Shown here: piece by piece, positions 28,137-39,213 of the stretch | Layout: every line of letters starts with the position of its first letter | Numbering within the stretch: the first letter of the stretch is position 1 | Assembly: GCA_041744215.1 (NCBI GenBank) | Contig: JBGTLG010000038.1 | Location: 1-62,997 of the forward strand | Direction: 5' to 3' | DNA: 62,997 nt | From: Fimbriimonadales bacterium | GTDB lineage: Bacteria > Armatimonadota > Fimbriimonadia > Fimbriimonadales > ATM1 | Notes under the pieces: model-generated | The model's database searches: none | What the model saw: the letters and a program-made list of their open reading frames with translations, nothing else | What the model was told of the DNA's origin: nothing | Made by a program: the position numbers and the translations under genes

Positions 28137-30248
28137 ATGCCCCGCACCCACGCACTGGACGTAACCCGCAACATCGGAATTGCCGCTCACATCGACGCCG
28201 GCAAGACGACAACGACTGAGAGAATTCTTTTCTACTCGGGCCGTTTGCACCGCATGGGTGAAGTTCACGATGGCGCCGCAACGATGGACTGGATGGAACA
28301 GGAGCAGGAGCGCGGGATTACGATTACTTCTGCCGCAACAACCACATTTTGGCGAGACCATCGAATCAACATCATTGACACTCCGGGACACGTCGACTTC
28401 ACAGTCGAGGTAGAGCGATCACTCAGAGTTCTTGACGGAGTGGTCGCGGTCTTTTGTGCGGTCGGAGGTGTACAGCCTCAGTCGGAGACGGTCTGGCGTC
28501 AGGCAAACAAGTACGGTGTCCCGCGGATTGTTTACATCAACAAGATGGATCGACTCGGCGCCGACTTTTTCGGCGTCGTTGAGAAGATTCGCGCGCGCTT
28601 GGGCTGCAACGGCGTCCCGATTCAGGTGCCGATCGGTGCTGAAAGCAATTTCGAGGGATACGTTGATCTTGTGCGCATGAAGGCAATCGTTTACAAAGAC
28701 GATTTGGGTAAAGAGTACGACGAAGTCGACGTGCCAGAAAGCGTGTTGCAGATTGCCGCCGAATACCGCGAAAAGATGATTGAGGCGTGCTCCGACGTGA
28801 ATGAGGAGATCATGGTTCGATTCCTCGAAGGTCAAGAGATCGGCGAGGCGGACCTGCGCGACGCGCTTCGGAAAGGAACGCTTCAAAACAAAATTGTCCC
28901 GATCATCTGCGGGTCATCGTTCAAGAACAAAGGTGTCCAAGCGTTGCTGGATTCGATTATCGATTACCTGCCGAGTCCGCTCGACGTCGGGTCAGTCACA
29001 GGTATCGACCCAGAAACGGATGCGGAATTGGTTCGTGATCCAGACGATAATGCGCCGTTCACTTCGCTTGCATTCAAGATCATGAGTGACCCCTATGTTG
29101 GGCGACTCACATACATCAGGATTTACAGTGGAACCCTCAAGAAGGGTACTGCTTATCTCGTCTCGTATCGCGACCCGCAAACCAACGAGTTTAAGACTCG
29201 CAAAGAGCGAGTGGGACGCATCCTGCAAATGCACGCAAACAGTCGAGAAGATCTGGAGGAGTCGTTTGCTGGCGACATAGTAGGCGTCATTGGACTCAAC
29301 GACGTTACTACCGGCTATACGATTTGTGACACCAGCAATCCAATAGTTCTGGAAGCAATCAAGTTTCCCGAGCCTGTTATCTCGATTGCGATCGAACCGA
29401 AGTCTCGAGCTGACCAAGAGAAACTTGGTCAGAGCCTTCAACGCCTCGCGCAAGAAGACCCAACGTTTCGCGTGAGAACCGACTCCGAAACAGGTCAAAC
29501 GATCATCAGCGGAATGGGTGAGCTGCATCTCGAAATAATCGTGGATCGACTCGGCCGAGAGTTTGGCGTTAGCGCGAATCAAGGGCGACCGATGGTAGCG
29601 TACAAGGAGACGGTGCGCAGGCACGTCAAAGCCGAAGGAAAGTACATTCGGCAGAGTGGCGGTTCAGGGCAGTACGGACACATTTGGATCGAACTCGAGC
29701 CACTTCCTCCTGGAGGCGGCTTTGTGTTTGAAAACAAGCTGAGCGGCGGCGCCATTCCAAGAGAATACGTACCTGCCGTCGAAAAAGGAATTCGCGAAGC
29801 AATGGAGTCGGGTGTCCTCGCCGGTTATCCGGTGGTGGACGTGAAAGTAACTCTCGTCGACGGCTCGTATCACGAAGTCGACTCGAGCGAGATTGCTTTC
29901 AAGCAAGCGGCGCTCATCGGTTTCCGCGAAGCAATGAAACAAGCTGGGCCAACACTGAAGGAGCCGATCATGGCTGTGGAGATAACCACACCCGAGCAAT
30001 ATCTCGGGGACGTGATGGGCGACGTGCAGTCGAGGCGCGGTCGGATTGAGGGCACCGAACCTTCAATCGGCGGGGTTCAGATTGTGAAATCTTTGATCCC
30101 GCTTGCGGAAATGTTCGGGTACGTGACGTCGTTGCGATCCCTGACGCAGGGCAGGGCAGCGCCGAGCGTGACGCCATCGCACTATGAGGATGTCCCTCAA
30201 GGCGTGGCAGACGAAATTATTTCAAAAGCCCAAGGCGGCAGAAACTAA
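28137..30248 (+). CDS. fusA: Elongation factor G (canonical)
   Basis: [47 protein letters not shown]. Confidence 0.99.
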   Translation: MPRTHALDVTRNIGIAAHIDAGKTTTTERILFYSGRLHRMGEVHDGAATMDWMEQEQERGITITSAATTTFWRDHRINIIDTPGHVDFTVEVERSLRVLDGVVAVFCAVGGVQPQSETVWRQANKYGVPRIVYINKMDRLGADFFGVVEKIRARLGCNGVPIQVPIGAESNFEGYVDLVRMKAIVYKDDLGKEYDEVDVPESVLQIAAEYREKMIEACSDVNEEIMVRFLEGQEIGEADLRDALRKGTLQNKIVPIICGSSFKNKGVQALLDSIIDYLPSPLDVGSVTGIDPETDAELVRDPDDNAPFTSLAFKIMSDPYVGRLTYIRIYSGTLKKGTAYLVSYRDPQTNEFKTRKERVGRILQMHANSREDLEESFAGDIVGVIGLNDVTTGYTICDTSNPIVLEAIKFPEPVISIAIEPKSRADQEKLGQSLQRLAQEDPTFRVRTDSETGQTIISGMGELHLEIIVDRLGREFGVSANQGRPMVAYKETVRRHVKAEGKYIRQSGGSGQYGHIWIELEPLPPGGGFVFENKLSGGAIPREYVPAVEKGIREAMESGVLAGYPVVDVKVTLVDGSYHEVDSSEIAFKQAALIGFREAMKQAGPTLKEPIMAVEITTPEQYLGDVMGDVQSRRGRIEGTEPSIGGVQIVKSLIPLAEMFGYVTSLRSLTQGRAAPSVTPSHYEDVPQGVADEIISKAQGGRN

Positions 30249-30260
30249 ACGAGGTGATCC

Positions 30261-31463
30261 ATGGCCAGAGCTAAATTCGAGAGAACCAAACCGCACGTCA
30301 ACATCGGAACGATCGGTCACGTCGACCACGGAAAGACGACGCTGACTTCAGCGATCACAAACGTGTTGGCGGCGAAGGGTCTCGCACAGAAAAAGAAGTA
30401 CGAAGAAATCGATGCAGCGCCCGAAGAGAAGGCGCGCGGCATCACGATCAACATCTATCACGCCGAATATGAGACGGATACGCGGCACTATGCCCACGTC
30501 GACTGTCCAGGCCACGCCGACTTCATCAAGAACATGATCACCGGTGCGGCACAGATGGACGGTGCAATTCTCGTCGTGTCGGCGACAGACGGCCCGATGC
30601 CGCAAACGCGCGAGCACATCCTCCTTGCACGACAGGTCGGCGTTCCCCATATCGTGGTTTTCATGAACAAGTGCGATATGGTCGACGATGAAGAGTTGCT
30701 CGAAGTTGTCGAGCTTGAGATCCGTGACTTGCTCAGCAAGTACGACTTCCCGGGCGACGATGTCCCGGTCATCCGCGGCTCGGCGCTCAAGGTCATGGAG
30801 CAAGACCCCATCAACTTGGACGATCCTTGGACGAAGAAGATCCTTGAGTTGATGGAAGCGGTTGACAACTTCATTCCGACCCCAGAGCGCGATACCGAGA
30901 AGCCATTCTTGATGGCTGTTGAGGACGTGTTCACCATCACAGGACGTGGCACCGTTGCAACGGGTCGCGTAGAGCGAGGACAGCTCAAGTCGATGGAAGA
31001 AGTCGAAATCATTGGGCTCAAAGAAGAGAGTCGAAAGACGGTCTGCACAGGTATCGAGATGTTCCGCAAACTGCTCGACTACTGCCAGGCTGGCGACAAC
31101 GTCGGACTACTGCTTCGAGGCGTCGACCGCGAGCAGATCGAGCGCGGAATGGTCGTTGCTAAACCCGGCTCGATCAAGCCGCACACGAAGTTTGAGTCCG
31201 AGGTCTACGTGTTGTCGAAGGAAGAAGGCGGGCGACACACTCCGTTCATCTCCGGCTACCGACCTCAGTTCTACTTCCGCACGACCGACGTTACTGGCGA
31301 GCTTCGCTTGCCGGAGGGCGTCGAGATGTGTATGCCGGGAGACAACATCACCATGTCGGTTCAGTTGATTCAACCGATTGGGATGGAGCAGGGCTCCAAA
31401 TTCGCGATTCGTGAAGGCGGCCGAACCGTCGGAGCCGGAACCATCACGAAGGTGTTCGAATAG
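30261..31463 (+). CDS. tuf: Elongation factor Tu
   Basis: [33 protein letters not shown]. Confidence 0.99.
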   Translation: MARAKFERTKPHVNIGTIGHVDHGKTTLTSAITNVLAAKGLAQKKKYEEIDAAPEEKARGITINIYHAEYETDTRHYAHVDCPGHADFIKNMITGAAQMDGAILVVSATDGPMPQTREHILLARQVGVPHIVVFMNKCDMVDDEELLEVVELEIRDLLSKYDFPGDDVPVIRGSALKVMEQDPINLDDPWTKKILELMEAVDNFIPTPERDTEKPFLMAVEDVFTITGRGTVATGRVERGQLKSMEEVEIIGLKEESRKTVCTGIEMFRKLLDYCQAGDNVGLLLRGVDREQIERGMVVAKPGSIKPHTKFESEVYVLSKEEGGRHTPFISGYRPQFYFRTTDVTGELRLPEGVEMCMPGDNITMSVQLIQPIGMEQGSKFAIREGGRTVGAGTITKVFE

Positions 31464-31465
31464 AA

Positions 31466-31518
31466 TCGAGTGACGAGAGCTGGGAGAAATCTCCCGGCTC
31501 TCGACACTTTTCACTCGA
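31466..31518 (+). terminator. Long hairpin between tuf and rpsJ (terminator/attenuator/processing site)
   Basis: CGAGAGCTGGGAG-aaat-CTCCCGGCTCTCG then acac-TTTT; outer TCGAGTGA/TCACTCGA arms. Confidence 0.6.
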
Positions 31519-31527
31519 GACAAATAC

Positions 31528-31839
31528 ATGAGAAACGACAGAGTTCGAATAAAGCTAAAGGCGTACGATCACCGCGCGCTTGACCAATCGGCACAAAAGA
31601 TCGCCGAGACAGTGAAGCGCACCGGCGCACGTCTTTGCGGGCCAATCCCGCTGCCGACAAACATCCGGCGCTACTGTACGATTCGTGGCCCACACATCGA
31701 CAAGGAGTCGATGGAGCACTTTGAGATTCGGATCCACAAACGCATCATCGATATCTTGGATCCAACAAACAAAACAATCGATGCCCTCATGCGCTTGGAC
31801 TTGCCGAGCGGCGTCGACATTGAGGTGAAGCAAGCCTAA
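31528..31839 (+). CDS. rpsJ: 30S ribosomal protein S10
   Basis: [32 protein letters not shown]. Confidence 0.99.
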   Translation: MRNDRVRIKLKAYDHRALDQSAQKIAETVKRTGARLCGPIPLPTNIRRYCTIRGPHIDKESMEHFEIRIHKRIIDILDPTNKTIDALMRLDLPSGVDIEVKQA

Positions 31840-31946
31840 CGGCAAGCCGCCACAGAAGCCTCGGAGCAGCCGTCGAGCAACCCCGACTTAGAGCGGGCAA
31901 GGCCAGAGTCAGACGAGTACCTGCGTATGAGGCAAGGAGAACATTT

Positions 31947-32570
31947 GTGATAACCGGAATAGTTGGAAGAAAAGTCGGTATGACCCACCTCTTTACAGAG
32001 GGGGGCGCCGCACAGCCGGTCACTGTTATACAGGCCGGTCCGGTGTTCGTTACGCAAGTAAAGACGGCTGAGACTGATGGTTATGATGCAGTCCAAGTTG
32101 GATTCGAAGAAACTAAGCCTCGAAAGCTGACGTTCCCGGAGGCAGGGCACCTCAAGAAGGCCGGAACGGGCCCCTTGAAGGTGTTGCGAGAGTTTCGATG
32201 CCCCTCGAATGGGATTGAAGTTGGCCAGAAGATCACGGTCGACATCTTCGAGCCAGGCGAGGATGTGAGAGTCGTTGGCACGAGCAAAGGCCGAGGGTTC
32301 GCTGGCGCCGTAAAGCGCCACCATTTTCGCGGCCAGCACATGACTCACGGATACATGACCCATCGGCGGCCGCTGTCAAGTGGCGCAACAGGACCACAGA
32401 GAGTCTTCAAGGGCAAGCGGGGCCCTGGTCACATGGGTGACGAGACCGTCACAGAAGTCGGCCTCAGAGTTGTTCAAGTGGATCCGGAGCGAAACCTGAT
32501 CCTTGTTAGTGGGAGCGTACCGGGCGCGCCCGGCGGACTCGTAAAGATTTTGAAGGCGGGTAAGAACTAA
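31947..32570 (+). CDS. rplC: 50S ribosomal protein L3
   Basis: GRKVGMT, DGYDAVQVG, GTSKGRGF.G, RVFKG, GSVPG. Confidence 0.98.
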   Translation: MITGIVGRKVGMTHLFTEGGAAQPVTVIQAGPVFVTQVKTAETDGYDAVQVGFEETKPRKLTFPEAGHLKKAGTGPLKVLREFRCPSNGIEVGQKITVDIFEPGEDVRVVGTSKGRGFAGAVKRHHFRGQHMTHGYMTHRRPLSSGATGPQRVFKGKRGPGHMGDETVTEVGLRVVQVDPERNLILVSGSVPGAPGGLVKILKAGKN

Positions 32571-33223
32571 TGACAACCGTCAAAATAGTCGACAGCAAAG
32601 GAAAGGAAAAAGGCAGCGTGGACCTTCAGGTCTCCGCTGATGTAAAGCAGTCGGTGCTCCATCGTGCCGTCGTTGCGGAAGAGGCGAACAAGCGTCAAGG
32701 GACGCAGAAAGCCAAGACCCGAGCAGAGGTTCGCGGCGGAGGTCGCAAGCCCTACAGGCAAAAGAAGACCGGTCGTTCACGGCAAGGCTCGATCCGCTCT
32801 CCTCTGCACCGAAAGGGCGGAGTGGTGTTTGCGCCTGTACCCCGCGACTACGATAAGAAGGTGAATCGTAAGGAGCGAAGGCTCGCTCTGCAGACGGCGC
32901 TTGCAACTCAGGCAGATGCCGGCAAGCTGATCGTTGTAGACAAAATCGAGTTCTCGGAGCCGAAGACGAAAGACGCAGTCGCGCTGCTAACGGCAGTTGG
33001 AGCTAACTCGCGTCGTGTACTCGTCATCCTGCCTGCTTACGACGAGATCGCGTTAAAGGCGTTTCGCAATCTTCCAAATGTCGAAGTCCGAACGGCGCCA
33101 ATCCGAGCAAAGGAAGGCGAGCCGGTTCGATCACAAGGATTTAGCACCCGCGACCTTCTCGTCGCGCATCAAATCGTCGTCGCGAAAGACGCGTTAACGG
33201 CAATTCAGGAGGCTTGGGCGTGA
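32570..33223 (+). CDS. rplD: 50S ribosomal protein L4
   Basis: RQGT..KTRAEVRGGGRKPYRQK.TGR.RQGS, PKTK, RNLP. Confidence 0.98.
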   Translation: MTTVKIVDSKGKEKGSVDLQVSADVKQSVLHRAVVAEEANKRQGTQKAKTRAEVRGGGRKPYRQKKTGRSRQGSIRSPLHRKGGVVFAPVPRDYDKKVNRKERRLALQTALATQADAGKLIVVDKIEFSEPKTKDAVALLTAVGANSRRVLVILPAYDEIALKAFRNLPNVEVRTAPIRAKEGEPVRSQGFSTRDLLVAHQIVVAKDALTAIQEAWA

Positions 33224-33537
33224 GTAAGAACGCTACTGACATCATCCTCGGTCCCCACCTGACCGAGAAGACGGTTCGCCTCGGTGAAGGCGGCAAGTTT
33301 GTGTTCTGGGTACATCCTGACGCGAACAAGATCGAAATCGCGAAGGCAATAGAGTCGATTTACAACTCCGGAAAGAAGAAGGACAAGGACAAGATCACGG
33401 TGCTCAAAGTGAACGTGATGAACCAGAAAGGGAAGCTGAAGCGCGTCTCGTTCAAGTCCAAAGGCCACCGGCCCGATCGCCGCAAAGCGATCATCACACT
33501 TGAGCCGGGTCAGATCCTGGAGGGCTTTGGAGTCTAA
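33220..33537 (+). CDS. rplW: 50S ribosomal protein L23
   Basis: GTG 33220 after AGGAGG, overlapping rplD stop; P.LTEK, F.V...ANK.EI..A.E, KAI.TL. Confidence 0.95.
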   Translation: MSKNATDIILGPHLTEKTVRLGEGGKFVFWVHPDANKIEIAKAIESIYNSGKKKDKDKITVLKVNVMNQKGKLKRVSFKSKGHRPDRRKAIITLEPGQILEGFGV

Positions 33538-33539
33538 CC

Positions 33540-34373
33540 ATGGGAACAAGAACTCATAAACCGACATCTGCTGGCCGGCGACACCTCATCAGCTCGGATT
33601 ACGCCGAAGTAACCAAGTCAAAGCCCGAGCCGACGCTCACGTCCGGAATCTCCAAGTCGGGCGGTCGAAACCATACGGGTCGGACGACAGCGCACTGGCG
33701 TGGTGGCGGCAACAAACGGCGCTATCGAATGATCGATTTCCGTCGGCAGAAAGATGGAATAGCGGCGAAAGTTGCCGCAATCGAATACGATCCAAATCGT
33801 ACAAGCCGAATCGCACTGTTGCACTATGTCGACGGCGAAAAGCGCTATATCATCGCACCGGCTGGGCTTGAAGTAGGCCAAACGATTATGAGTGGGCCAG
33901 AGGCGGACATCCGCACTGGCAATTGTCTTCCGCTAAACAATATTCCGCTTGGCTCGCAAGTTCACAACATCGAATTGCAGCCTGGGAAAGGCGGGCAGCT
34001 CGCGAGGGCTGCGGGCATGTCAGCGCAAGTGATGGCAAAAGAGCACGGCTACGTGACGCTCCGACTGCCGAGCAATGAAATGCGCCGCGTGATCGGAACG
34101 TGCAGAGCGACCCTCGGCGAGGTCGGCAATGCACAGCACGAAAACGAAGTCCTCGGCAAGGCCGGAAAGAACAGGGCAAAGGGCCGCAGGCCTCATGTGA
34201 GGGGCGTGGCAATGACCCCGAGGGATCACCCGCATGGCGGCGGCGAAGCCAAATCTCCGGTTGGAAGAAAGAAGGGCCCAGTAGATCGATGGGGCAATAA
34301 GGCTTTGGGGCAGAAGACGCGACGAAACAAGCGCAGCGACAAGTTCATCGTTCGGCGCAGAGGTAAGAAGTAA
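33540..34373 (+). CDS. rplB: 50S ribosomal protein L2
   Basis: [26 protein letters not shown]. Confidence 0.99.
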   Translation: MGTRTHKPTSAGRRHLISSDYAEVTKSKPEPTLTSGISKSGGRNHTGRTTAHWRGGGNKRRYRMIDFRRQKDGIAAKVAAIEYDPNRTSRIALLHYVDGEKRYIIAPAGLEVGQTIMSGPEADIRTGNCLPLNNIPLGSQVHNIELQPGKGGQLARAAGMSAQVMAKEHGYVTLRLPSNEMRRVIGTCRATLGEVGNAQHENEVLGKAGKNRAKGRRPHVRGVAMTPRDHPHGGGEAKSPVGRKKGPVDRWGNKALGQKTRRNKRSDKFIVRRRGKK

Positions 34374-34648
34374 TGGGAAGGAGCATCAAGAAGGGTCCAT
34401 TCGTAGACTCCCACCTGATCAAGAAGGTGGATCGGCTCAACGCGGGCGGCCAAAAGGTGATCATCAAGACCTGGTCGCGGCGAAGCACGATCGTTCCGGA
34501 GATGATCGGGCATACATTTGCAGTTCACGACGGTCGCAAGCACACGCCGGTTTATGTCACTGAAAACATGGTCGGTCACAAACTCGGTGAGTTTGCTCCG
34601 ACACGGACATACCGCGGCCACGCCGGTGACAAATCGAAGGTGAAATAA
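34373..34648 (+). CDS. rpsS: 30S ribosomal protein S19
   Basis: [28 protein letters not shown]. Confidence 0.99.
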   Translation: MGRSIKKGPFVDSHLIKKVDRLNAGGQKVIIKTWSRRSTIVPEMIGHTFAVHDGRKHTPVYVTENMVGHKLGEFAPTRTYRGHAGDKSKVK

Positions 34649-34649
34649 G

Positions 34650-35351
34650 ATGAGACTCGTTTGGTTTTTGGCTGGCGCTCTCATACTGTCGATGGGTTAC
34701 TCCCCAACGGCAGCGCATCAGGACGCGCCGCTGAAAGTCAAACTCCAGCGAGTCTACAAGGCCGGAGAAAGCCAGGACTACACGTTTGTAATAGAGTTTG
34801 ACGAGGGAGAGTCGGTCAAGCTCGAAGGCGCATTCAACCTCACGATCCAAAAGCTGGCGGACGGCGGAAGCGCAGAGATCGTTGAGAAGGTCACCAAACT
34901 GAAAGTCACCTTTGGCGGCGAATCGCTTGATGAGCAAGAACTCCCAGAACCCGAAACATTGACCTACGGCCCCAACGGGCTCCCTACCGAGCTGACAGAC
35001 GAGTACGACTTGATGAGCGTTCTCTCATACCTCGGCGGATGGCTCCCCAACACAGAAGTAGAGTTGGGCGGAACTTATGAGTTCAAGTGGATCCCAGGTC
35101 GGACGTCGATCAGAGCAGAAGGAAAGGCCACGCTGATCGCCACGGGTCGCCTATTCGAAGAGCGTGTTGCGAAAATCGAGATGGAAATCTCTTGCGCAGG
35201 CGATGCAGACATGGGCAGTTCCAAGACGGCGTTGACGAGCTACCTCAATCTCGAAACGGGCAAGATCGTGCGCATCGTTGGAACGTCGGACCTGTCCGCG
35301 GGTGGAGAAACCGCTACGATCAAGTTTGACTTCAAGAAGGTGAGATCATGA
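34650..35351 (+). CDS. Secreted beta-rich hypothetical protein inside the S10 operon (paralog A)
   Basis: 233-aa ORF starting 1 nt after the rpsS stop; Sec-type signal peptide; alternating hydrophobic beta strands. Confidence 0.8.
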   Translation: MRLVWFLAGALILSMGYSPTAAHQDAPLKVKLQRVYKAGESQDYTFVIEFDEGESVKLEGAFNLTIQKLADGGSAEIVEKVTKLKVTFGGESLDEQELPEPETLTYGPNGLPTELTDEYDLMSVLSYLGGWLPNTEVELGGTYEFKWIPGRTSIRAEGKATLIATGRLFEERVAKIEMEISCAGDADMGSSKTALTSYLNLETGKIVRIVGTSDLSAGGETATIKFDFKKVRS

Positions 35352-36049
35352 GATCACTTCTCAAGCTTATGCCGCTCGCCCTCTTCACTTGCGCGTATGC
35401 CGCGACTCAGGATTCAATCACGTTCGATCAAAACTGGAAGGTTGGCGGTGGCGACACACAGCGGATTGGTATGGCGATGACTTTGCCTGTCGGTGACGTT
35501 GTCGTCACCATGGTTTCTACACAGAAGGCACTCAAGGTTCATGAAAACGGAGACGCAGATGTTGAGACTTCGCTTGCCGACATGGTGGTATTGCTAAACG
35601 GAAACAAGATGGACGTGCCTGGCGCCGGCAGCAGCCCGAGAACCGTGACTCGAATGAACCGAGTGGGCATGCCCCTGGAGCGGCCGCAGAGTGCCGGACG
35701 CGGAATGGGTCTGGAGTTCATCGCATTTGCCTGCGTGGTTGTCGACAAGAAGATGAAAGCGGGCGAAGTCGCGACAATCGACTACGCAAGTTCCGCTGAG
35801 CCAAAGGTCCGAATCAAGGGCGTAACGACTATCGAGAGCATCGCAGACGGGACGGCCAAAGTCGTCGGTAGGTACCAAGTTTGGGCTGACCCAGCAGACG
35901 AAAAGCCGATGCAAGTGGCAATGACGCACTGGATTCGGGTTTCGGACAGCAAGTTTATGAAATCGGAAGGCACGTTCACAGATGTGCCTTCACAGCAGGG
36001 GATAGCGATCTCAGCTGTTCAGTACACGATGGAATTGATCGAGAAGTAG
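35348..36049 (+). CDS. Secreted beta-rich hypothetical protein inside the S10 operon (paralog B)
   Basis: 233-aa ORF, ATGA overlap with the previous gene; signal peptide ending AYA; same motif skeleton as paralog A. Confidence 0.8.
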   Translation: MRSLLKLMPLALFTCAYAATQDSITFDQNWKVGGGDTQRIGMAMTLPVGDVVVTMVSTQKALKVHENGDADVETSLADMVVLLNGNKMDVPGAGSSPRTVTRMNRVGMPLERPQSAGRGMGLEFIAFACVVVDKKMKAGEVATIDYASSAEPKVRIKGVTTIESIADGTAKVVGRYQVWADPADEKPMQVAMTHWIRVSDSKFMKSEGTFTDVPSQQGIAISAVQYTMELIEK

Positions 36050-36058
36050 GAAAGCCAA

Positions 36059-36616
36059 ATGGAAGTTCGAGCAGTAGGAAAGAAGATTCGAGTCCAGCCG
36101 CGCAAAGTGCGGTTGGTCGCCGATGAGATACGAGGCAAACACGCTGTGCTTGCCCTCGCGCAGCTTCGATACCACCCAAGCAAGAGCGCGCGCATGTTGC
36201 ACAAGGTGCTACACAGCGCGGTTTCGAATGCGATTGAGAATGACGGGCTCGGCGCAGAGAATCTCGTTGTCGCTGGAATCAAAGTTGACGAGGGTCCCAG
36301 TTTCAAGCGCATGCGACCCCGGGCAATGGGCCGTGGCAATGTGATCATCAAGCGCAGCAGTCACATTACTGTTACCCTGCGCGAAGGGGCTCCGTTCGAG
36401 CTGCCAAAGTCGAACGCTAAGCCAAAGCCCAGACCAAAGTTTGATGCGCCAAAGACCAAGAAGGAACCTGCGAAAGCGAAGCCGGCGACAGCAGAGGCCG
36501 CCCCGTCCGAGGAAACCAAAGACGTGATCGAGGCAGACACTGAGGTCACGACAAGCGCGGAACCGGCGGGTGAATCTGCTGAGCCACAAGAAGAAGCAAA
36601 GGGAGACGAATCGTAG
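36059..36616 (+). CDS. rplV: 50S ribosomal protein L22 with long C-terminal extension
   Basis: [30 protein letters not shown]; ~70-aa Lys/Pro then Glu-rich tail. Confidence 0.98.
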   Translation: MEVRAVGKKIRVQPRKVRLVADEIRGKHAVLALAQLRYHPSKSARMLHKVLHSAVSNAIENDGLGAENLVVAGIKVDEGPSFKRMRPRAMGRGNVIIKRSSHITVTLREGAPFELPKSNAKPKPRPKFDAPKTKKEPAKAKPATAEAAPSEETKDVIEADTEVTTSAEPAGESAEPQEEAKGDES

Positions 36617-37431
36617 TGGGACAGAAAGTACATCCGATCGGATTTCGAGTCGGTGTCATTCGTGATTGGGATAGTCGCTGGTATGCCTCGAAGAAGGATT
36701 ACCCAGCGCTCCTCAAGAGCGATCACGCGATTCGGTCATTCATCAAGCGGAAGCTCGGTCTTGGAAACATCAGCCGAGTGGACATTGAGCGCGCAGCAAA
36801 CAAGGTTCGAGTTACGCTGTTCACAGCGAGGCCCGGCGCGGTCATCGGTCGTGGCGGTCGAGGCATTGATGAGTTGACACAAGACCTGCAAAGGGTTGTC
36901 GGCAAGCTCGACAAAGATGCACGCGTCCACGTGAATGTCAGTGAAGTTCGGCAAGCGGAACTGGATGCCCAACTCGTAGCCGAGAACATTGCACAACAAC
37001 TTGAACGCCGCATCTCGCACCGACGTGCAATGCGGCAATCGATTACCCGCGCGTTACGAATGAATGGCCGCGGCATCAAAATCATCGTATCTGGGCGACT
37101 GAACGGCGCAGAGATTGCGCGCAGAGAAACCGAAAAGGTCGGAAAGATTCCTCTCCACACACTTCGTGCCGACATTGACTACGGCATCGCAGAAGCAAAG
37201 ACGACGTACGGTGTGATCGGGGTCAGAGTGTGGGTCTACAAGGGAGAGGTACTTCCGGAGCGCATTGGCCCCGATCCGACTTCGAGGGAACGCCCCGCTC
37301 GGAAGAAGCCTGCGCCGGAGCAACCAGCTGCTGAGACTCCGACTCCAGCAGAAGAGACGGTGCCTGCGCCAGAAGCAACAGCGAGCGTTGAAGCTTCAGA
37401 ACAGGAGGTGAGCGCGAATGTTGATGCCTAA
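36616..37431 (+). CDS. rpsC: 30S ribosomal protein S3 with C-terminal extension
   Basis: [39 protein letters not shown]. Confidence 0.99.
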   Translation: MGQKVHPIGFRVGVIRDWDSRWYASKKDYPALLKSDHAIRSFIKRKLGLGNISRVDIERAANKVRVTLFTARPGAVIGRGGRGIDELTQDLQRVVGKLDKDARVHVNVSEVRQAELDAQLVAENIAQQLERRISHRRAMRQSITRALRMNGRGIKIIVSGRLNGAEIARRETEKVGKIPLHTLRADIDYGIAEAKTTYGVIGVRVWVYKGEVLPERIGPDPTSRERPARKKPAPEQPAAETPTPAEETVPAPEATASVEASEQEVSANVDA

Positions 37432-37951
37432 GCGCGTCAAGCATCGAAAGGTCACTCGAGGCCGCAGAAAGGGAACCTCGAAAGGCGCAAGCAGATTGGA
37501 TTTTGGCGACTACGGGATTCAAGCGCTCGAGGCGGCCTGGATAACCAACCGCCAGATAGAAGCATCACGTATCTCGATGACCCGCTACATCAAGCGTGGC
37601 GGAAAAGTCTGGATCCGGATCTTTCCTGATAAGCCATACACAAAGAAACCTGCGGAAACACGAATGGGCTCAGGTAAGGGCTCTGTCGAAGGCTGGGTCG
37701 CTGTCGTAAAGCCTGGACGAATTCTTTTCGAAATGTCCGGAGTCCCTCAGGACGTCGCAAAAGAAGCGATGCGTCGCGCGAGTCATAAGCTGCCGATCCG
37801 AGTGAAGTTTGTAACCCGCGCTGACTTCCCGGATCACGCAGAAGTTGTGGAGGCCGAAGAGGGCGTAATGGCGCCCGAACCGCCAAAGTTCGTAGTGGAG
37901 CGGCAAGCAAAACAGAACGACACACCAGAGCAACCTGAGGAAGAAGCATGA
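37418..37951 (+). CDS. rplP: 50S ribosomal protein L16 with acidic C-terminal extension
   Basis: [31 protein letters not shown]. Confidence 0.99.
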   Translation: MLMPKRVKHRKVTRGRRKGTSKGASRLDFGDYGIQALEAAWITNRQIEASRISMTRYIKRGGKVWIRIFPDKPYTKKPAETRMGSGKGSVEGWVAVVKPGRILFEMSGVPQDVAKEAMRRASHKLPIRVKFVTRADFPDHAEVVEAEEGVMAPEPPKFVVERQAKQNDTPEQPEEEA

Positions 37952-38154
37952 AGAACTTGAAGGCGAAAGATTTGAGAAGCAAGTCCGATGGCGACTTGGA
38001 AGTGATGTTGGCAAAAGAACAGCAAGCGCTATATGACATGCGCAAGAAGGCGGGCTTTCGTGATCTGAAAGACACGACCAGCCTTAAGGTTCAACGACAC
38101 AACATTGCTAGGCTTCATACCGTCATAGCCGAGAAACAGAGAGGAAGCAATTGA
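37948..38154 (+). CDS. rpmC: 50S ribosomal protein L29
   Basis: Size and position; KAKDLR, IARL.TV..EK. Confidence 0.93.
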   Translation: MKNLKAKDLRSKSDGDLEVMLAKEQQALYDMRKKAGFRDLKDTTSLKVQRHNIARLHTVIAEKQRGSN

Positions 38155-38423
38155 TGGAGCAACAAAGCACAGAGAGCCGAAACGCTCGCAAAATCCGGGT
38201 TGGCCTCGTGGTGTCAAACAAGATGGACAAAACAGTGGTCGTCAGCGTACAGCGGCAGGTGCAGCATCCGCTCTATAAGAAGACGGTGCGTCGAAGCAAT
38301 AGCTTTAAGGCGCACGACGAGATTGGCTGCGATGTTGGAGACAGTGTCGAAATCATGGAGACGCGCCCGATCAGCAAGGAAAAGCGCTGGCGCGTAACAC
38401 GGATCCTGGAGAAGGTGAAGTAG
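38154..38423 (+). CDS. rpsQ: 30S ribosomal protein S17
   Basis: [32 protein letters not shown]. Confidence 0.98.
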   Translation: MEQQSTESRNARKIRVGLVVSNKMDKTVVVSVQRQVQHPLYKKTVRRSNSFKAHDEIGCDVGDSVEIMETRPISKEKRWRVTRILEKVK

Positions 38424-38464
38424 CGAGCGATCGCAAAGCGAAGGATTGACAAGCGGAGATCACG

Positions 38465-38833
38465 ATGATTCAGCAGTATTCAAGACTAAAGGTTGCCGAC
38501 AACTCTGGAGCGCGCGAAGTAATGTGTATTCGTGTGCTAAAGGGTTCGCAGCCGCGCTACGGAAAGATCGGCGACGTCTTTGTCGGCTCGGTCAAAACGG
38601 TGACGCCCAATATGCCGGTAAAAAAGGGTGATGTAATCAGAGCCGTCATCGTTCGTACTAAGCACGCGACTCGCCGTGGCGACGGTAGCACCGTGCGCTT
38701 CGACGACAATGCATGCGTTCTTCTGAACGCACAAAACGAGCCACGAGGGACGCGAATTTTTGGCCCTGTCGCGCGCGAACTGCGCGATAAGGAGTTCATG
38801 AAGATCGTGTCACTCGCGCCGGAGGTTCTCTAA
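38465..38833 (+). CDS. rplN: 50S ribosomal protein L14
   Basis: [35 protein letters not shown]. Confidence 0.99.
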   Translation: MIQQYSRLKVADNSGAREVMCIRVLKGSQPRYGKIGDVFVGSVKTVTPNMPVKKGDVIRAVIVRTKHATRRGDGSTVRFDDNACVLLNAQNEPRGTRIFGPVARELRDKEFMKIVSLAPEVL

Positions 38834-38836
38834 TCA

Positions 38837-39202
38837 ATGGGATCACAGATAAAGCTTAAGATCAAGTCAGGAGACCGTGTCCTCATCATCACAGGTAAGG
38901 ACAAAGGGCAGCAAGGTCGCGTCATAAGCGTCGATCCTAAGCACCATACACTCCTTGTAGAAGCGCTGACGAAAGACAAACAGGGCGTTGCGGCGCCGCT
39001 AAACGCTGTGACCAAGCACCGCAAGGCTAGAAACCCGCAGGAGCAGGGGGAAAAGACTCGCATTCCCGCCCCGCTTCACATCAGCAAGGTCATGCTGATT
39101 GATCCTGACAGCGAGAAGCCGACGCGTGTCGGTCGCCGCCTTGAAAATGGCAAGCTCGTGCGCTATGCCAAGGCAACGAAGAAAACGATTCACAGCGACT
39201 AA
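38837..39202 (+). CDS. rplX: 50S ribosomal protein L24
   Basis: KOW motif [20 protein letters not shown]. Confidence 0.97.
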   Translation: MGSQIKLKIKSGDRVLIITGKDKGQQGRVISVDPKHHTLLVEALTKDKQGVAAPLNAVTKHRKARNPQEQGEKTRIPAPLHISKVMLIDPDSEKPTRVGRRLENGKLVRYAKATKKTIHSD

Positions 39203-39213
39203 GAGAAACGACG

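Noticed and set aside
35340-35360. Frameshifted single gene spanning both S10-operon inserts
   Set aside because: The second ORF has its own ATG and signal peptide and the same length as the first; tandem paralogues are more parsimonious.
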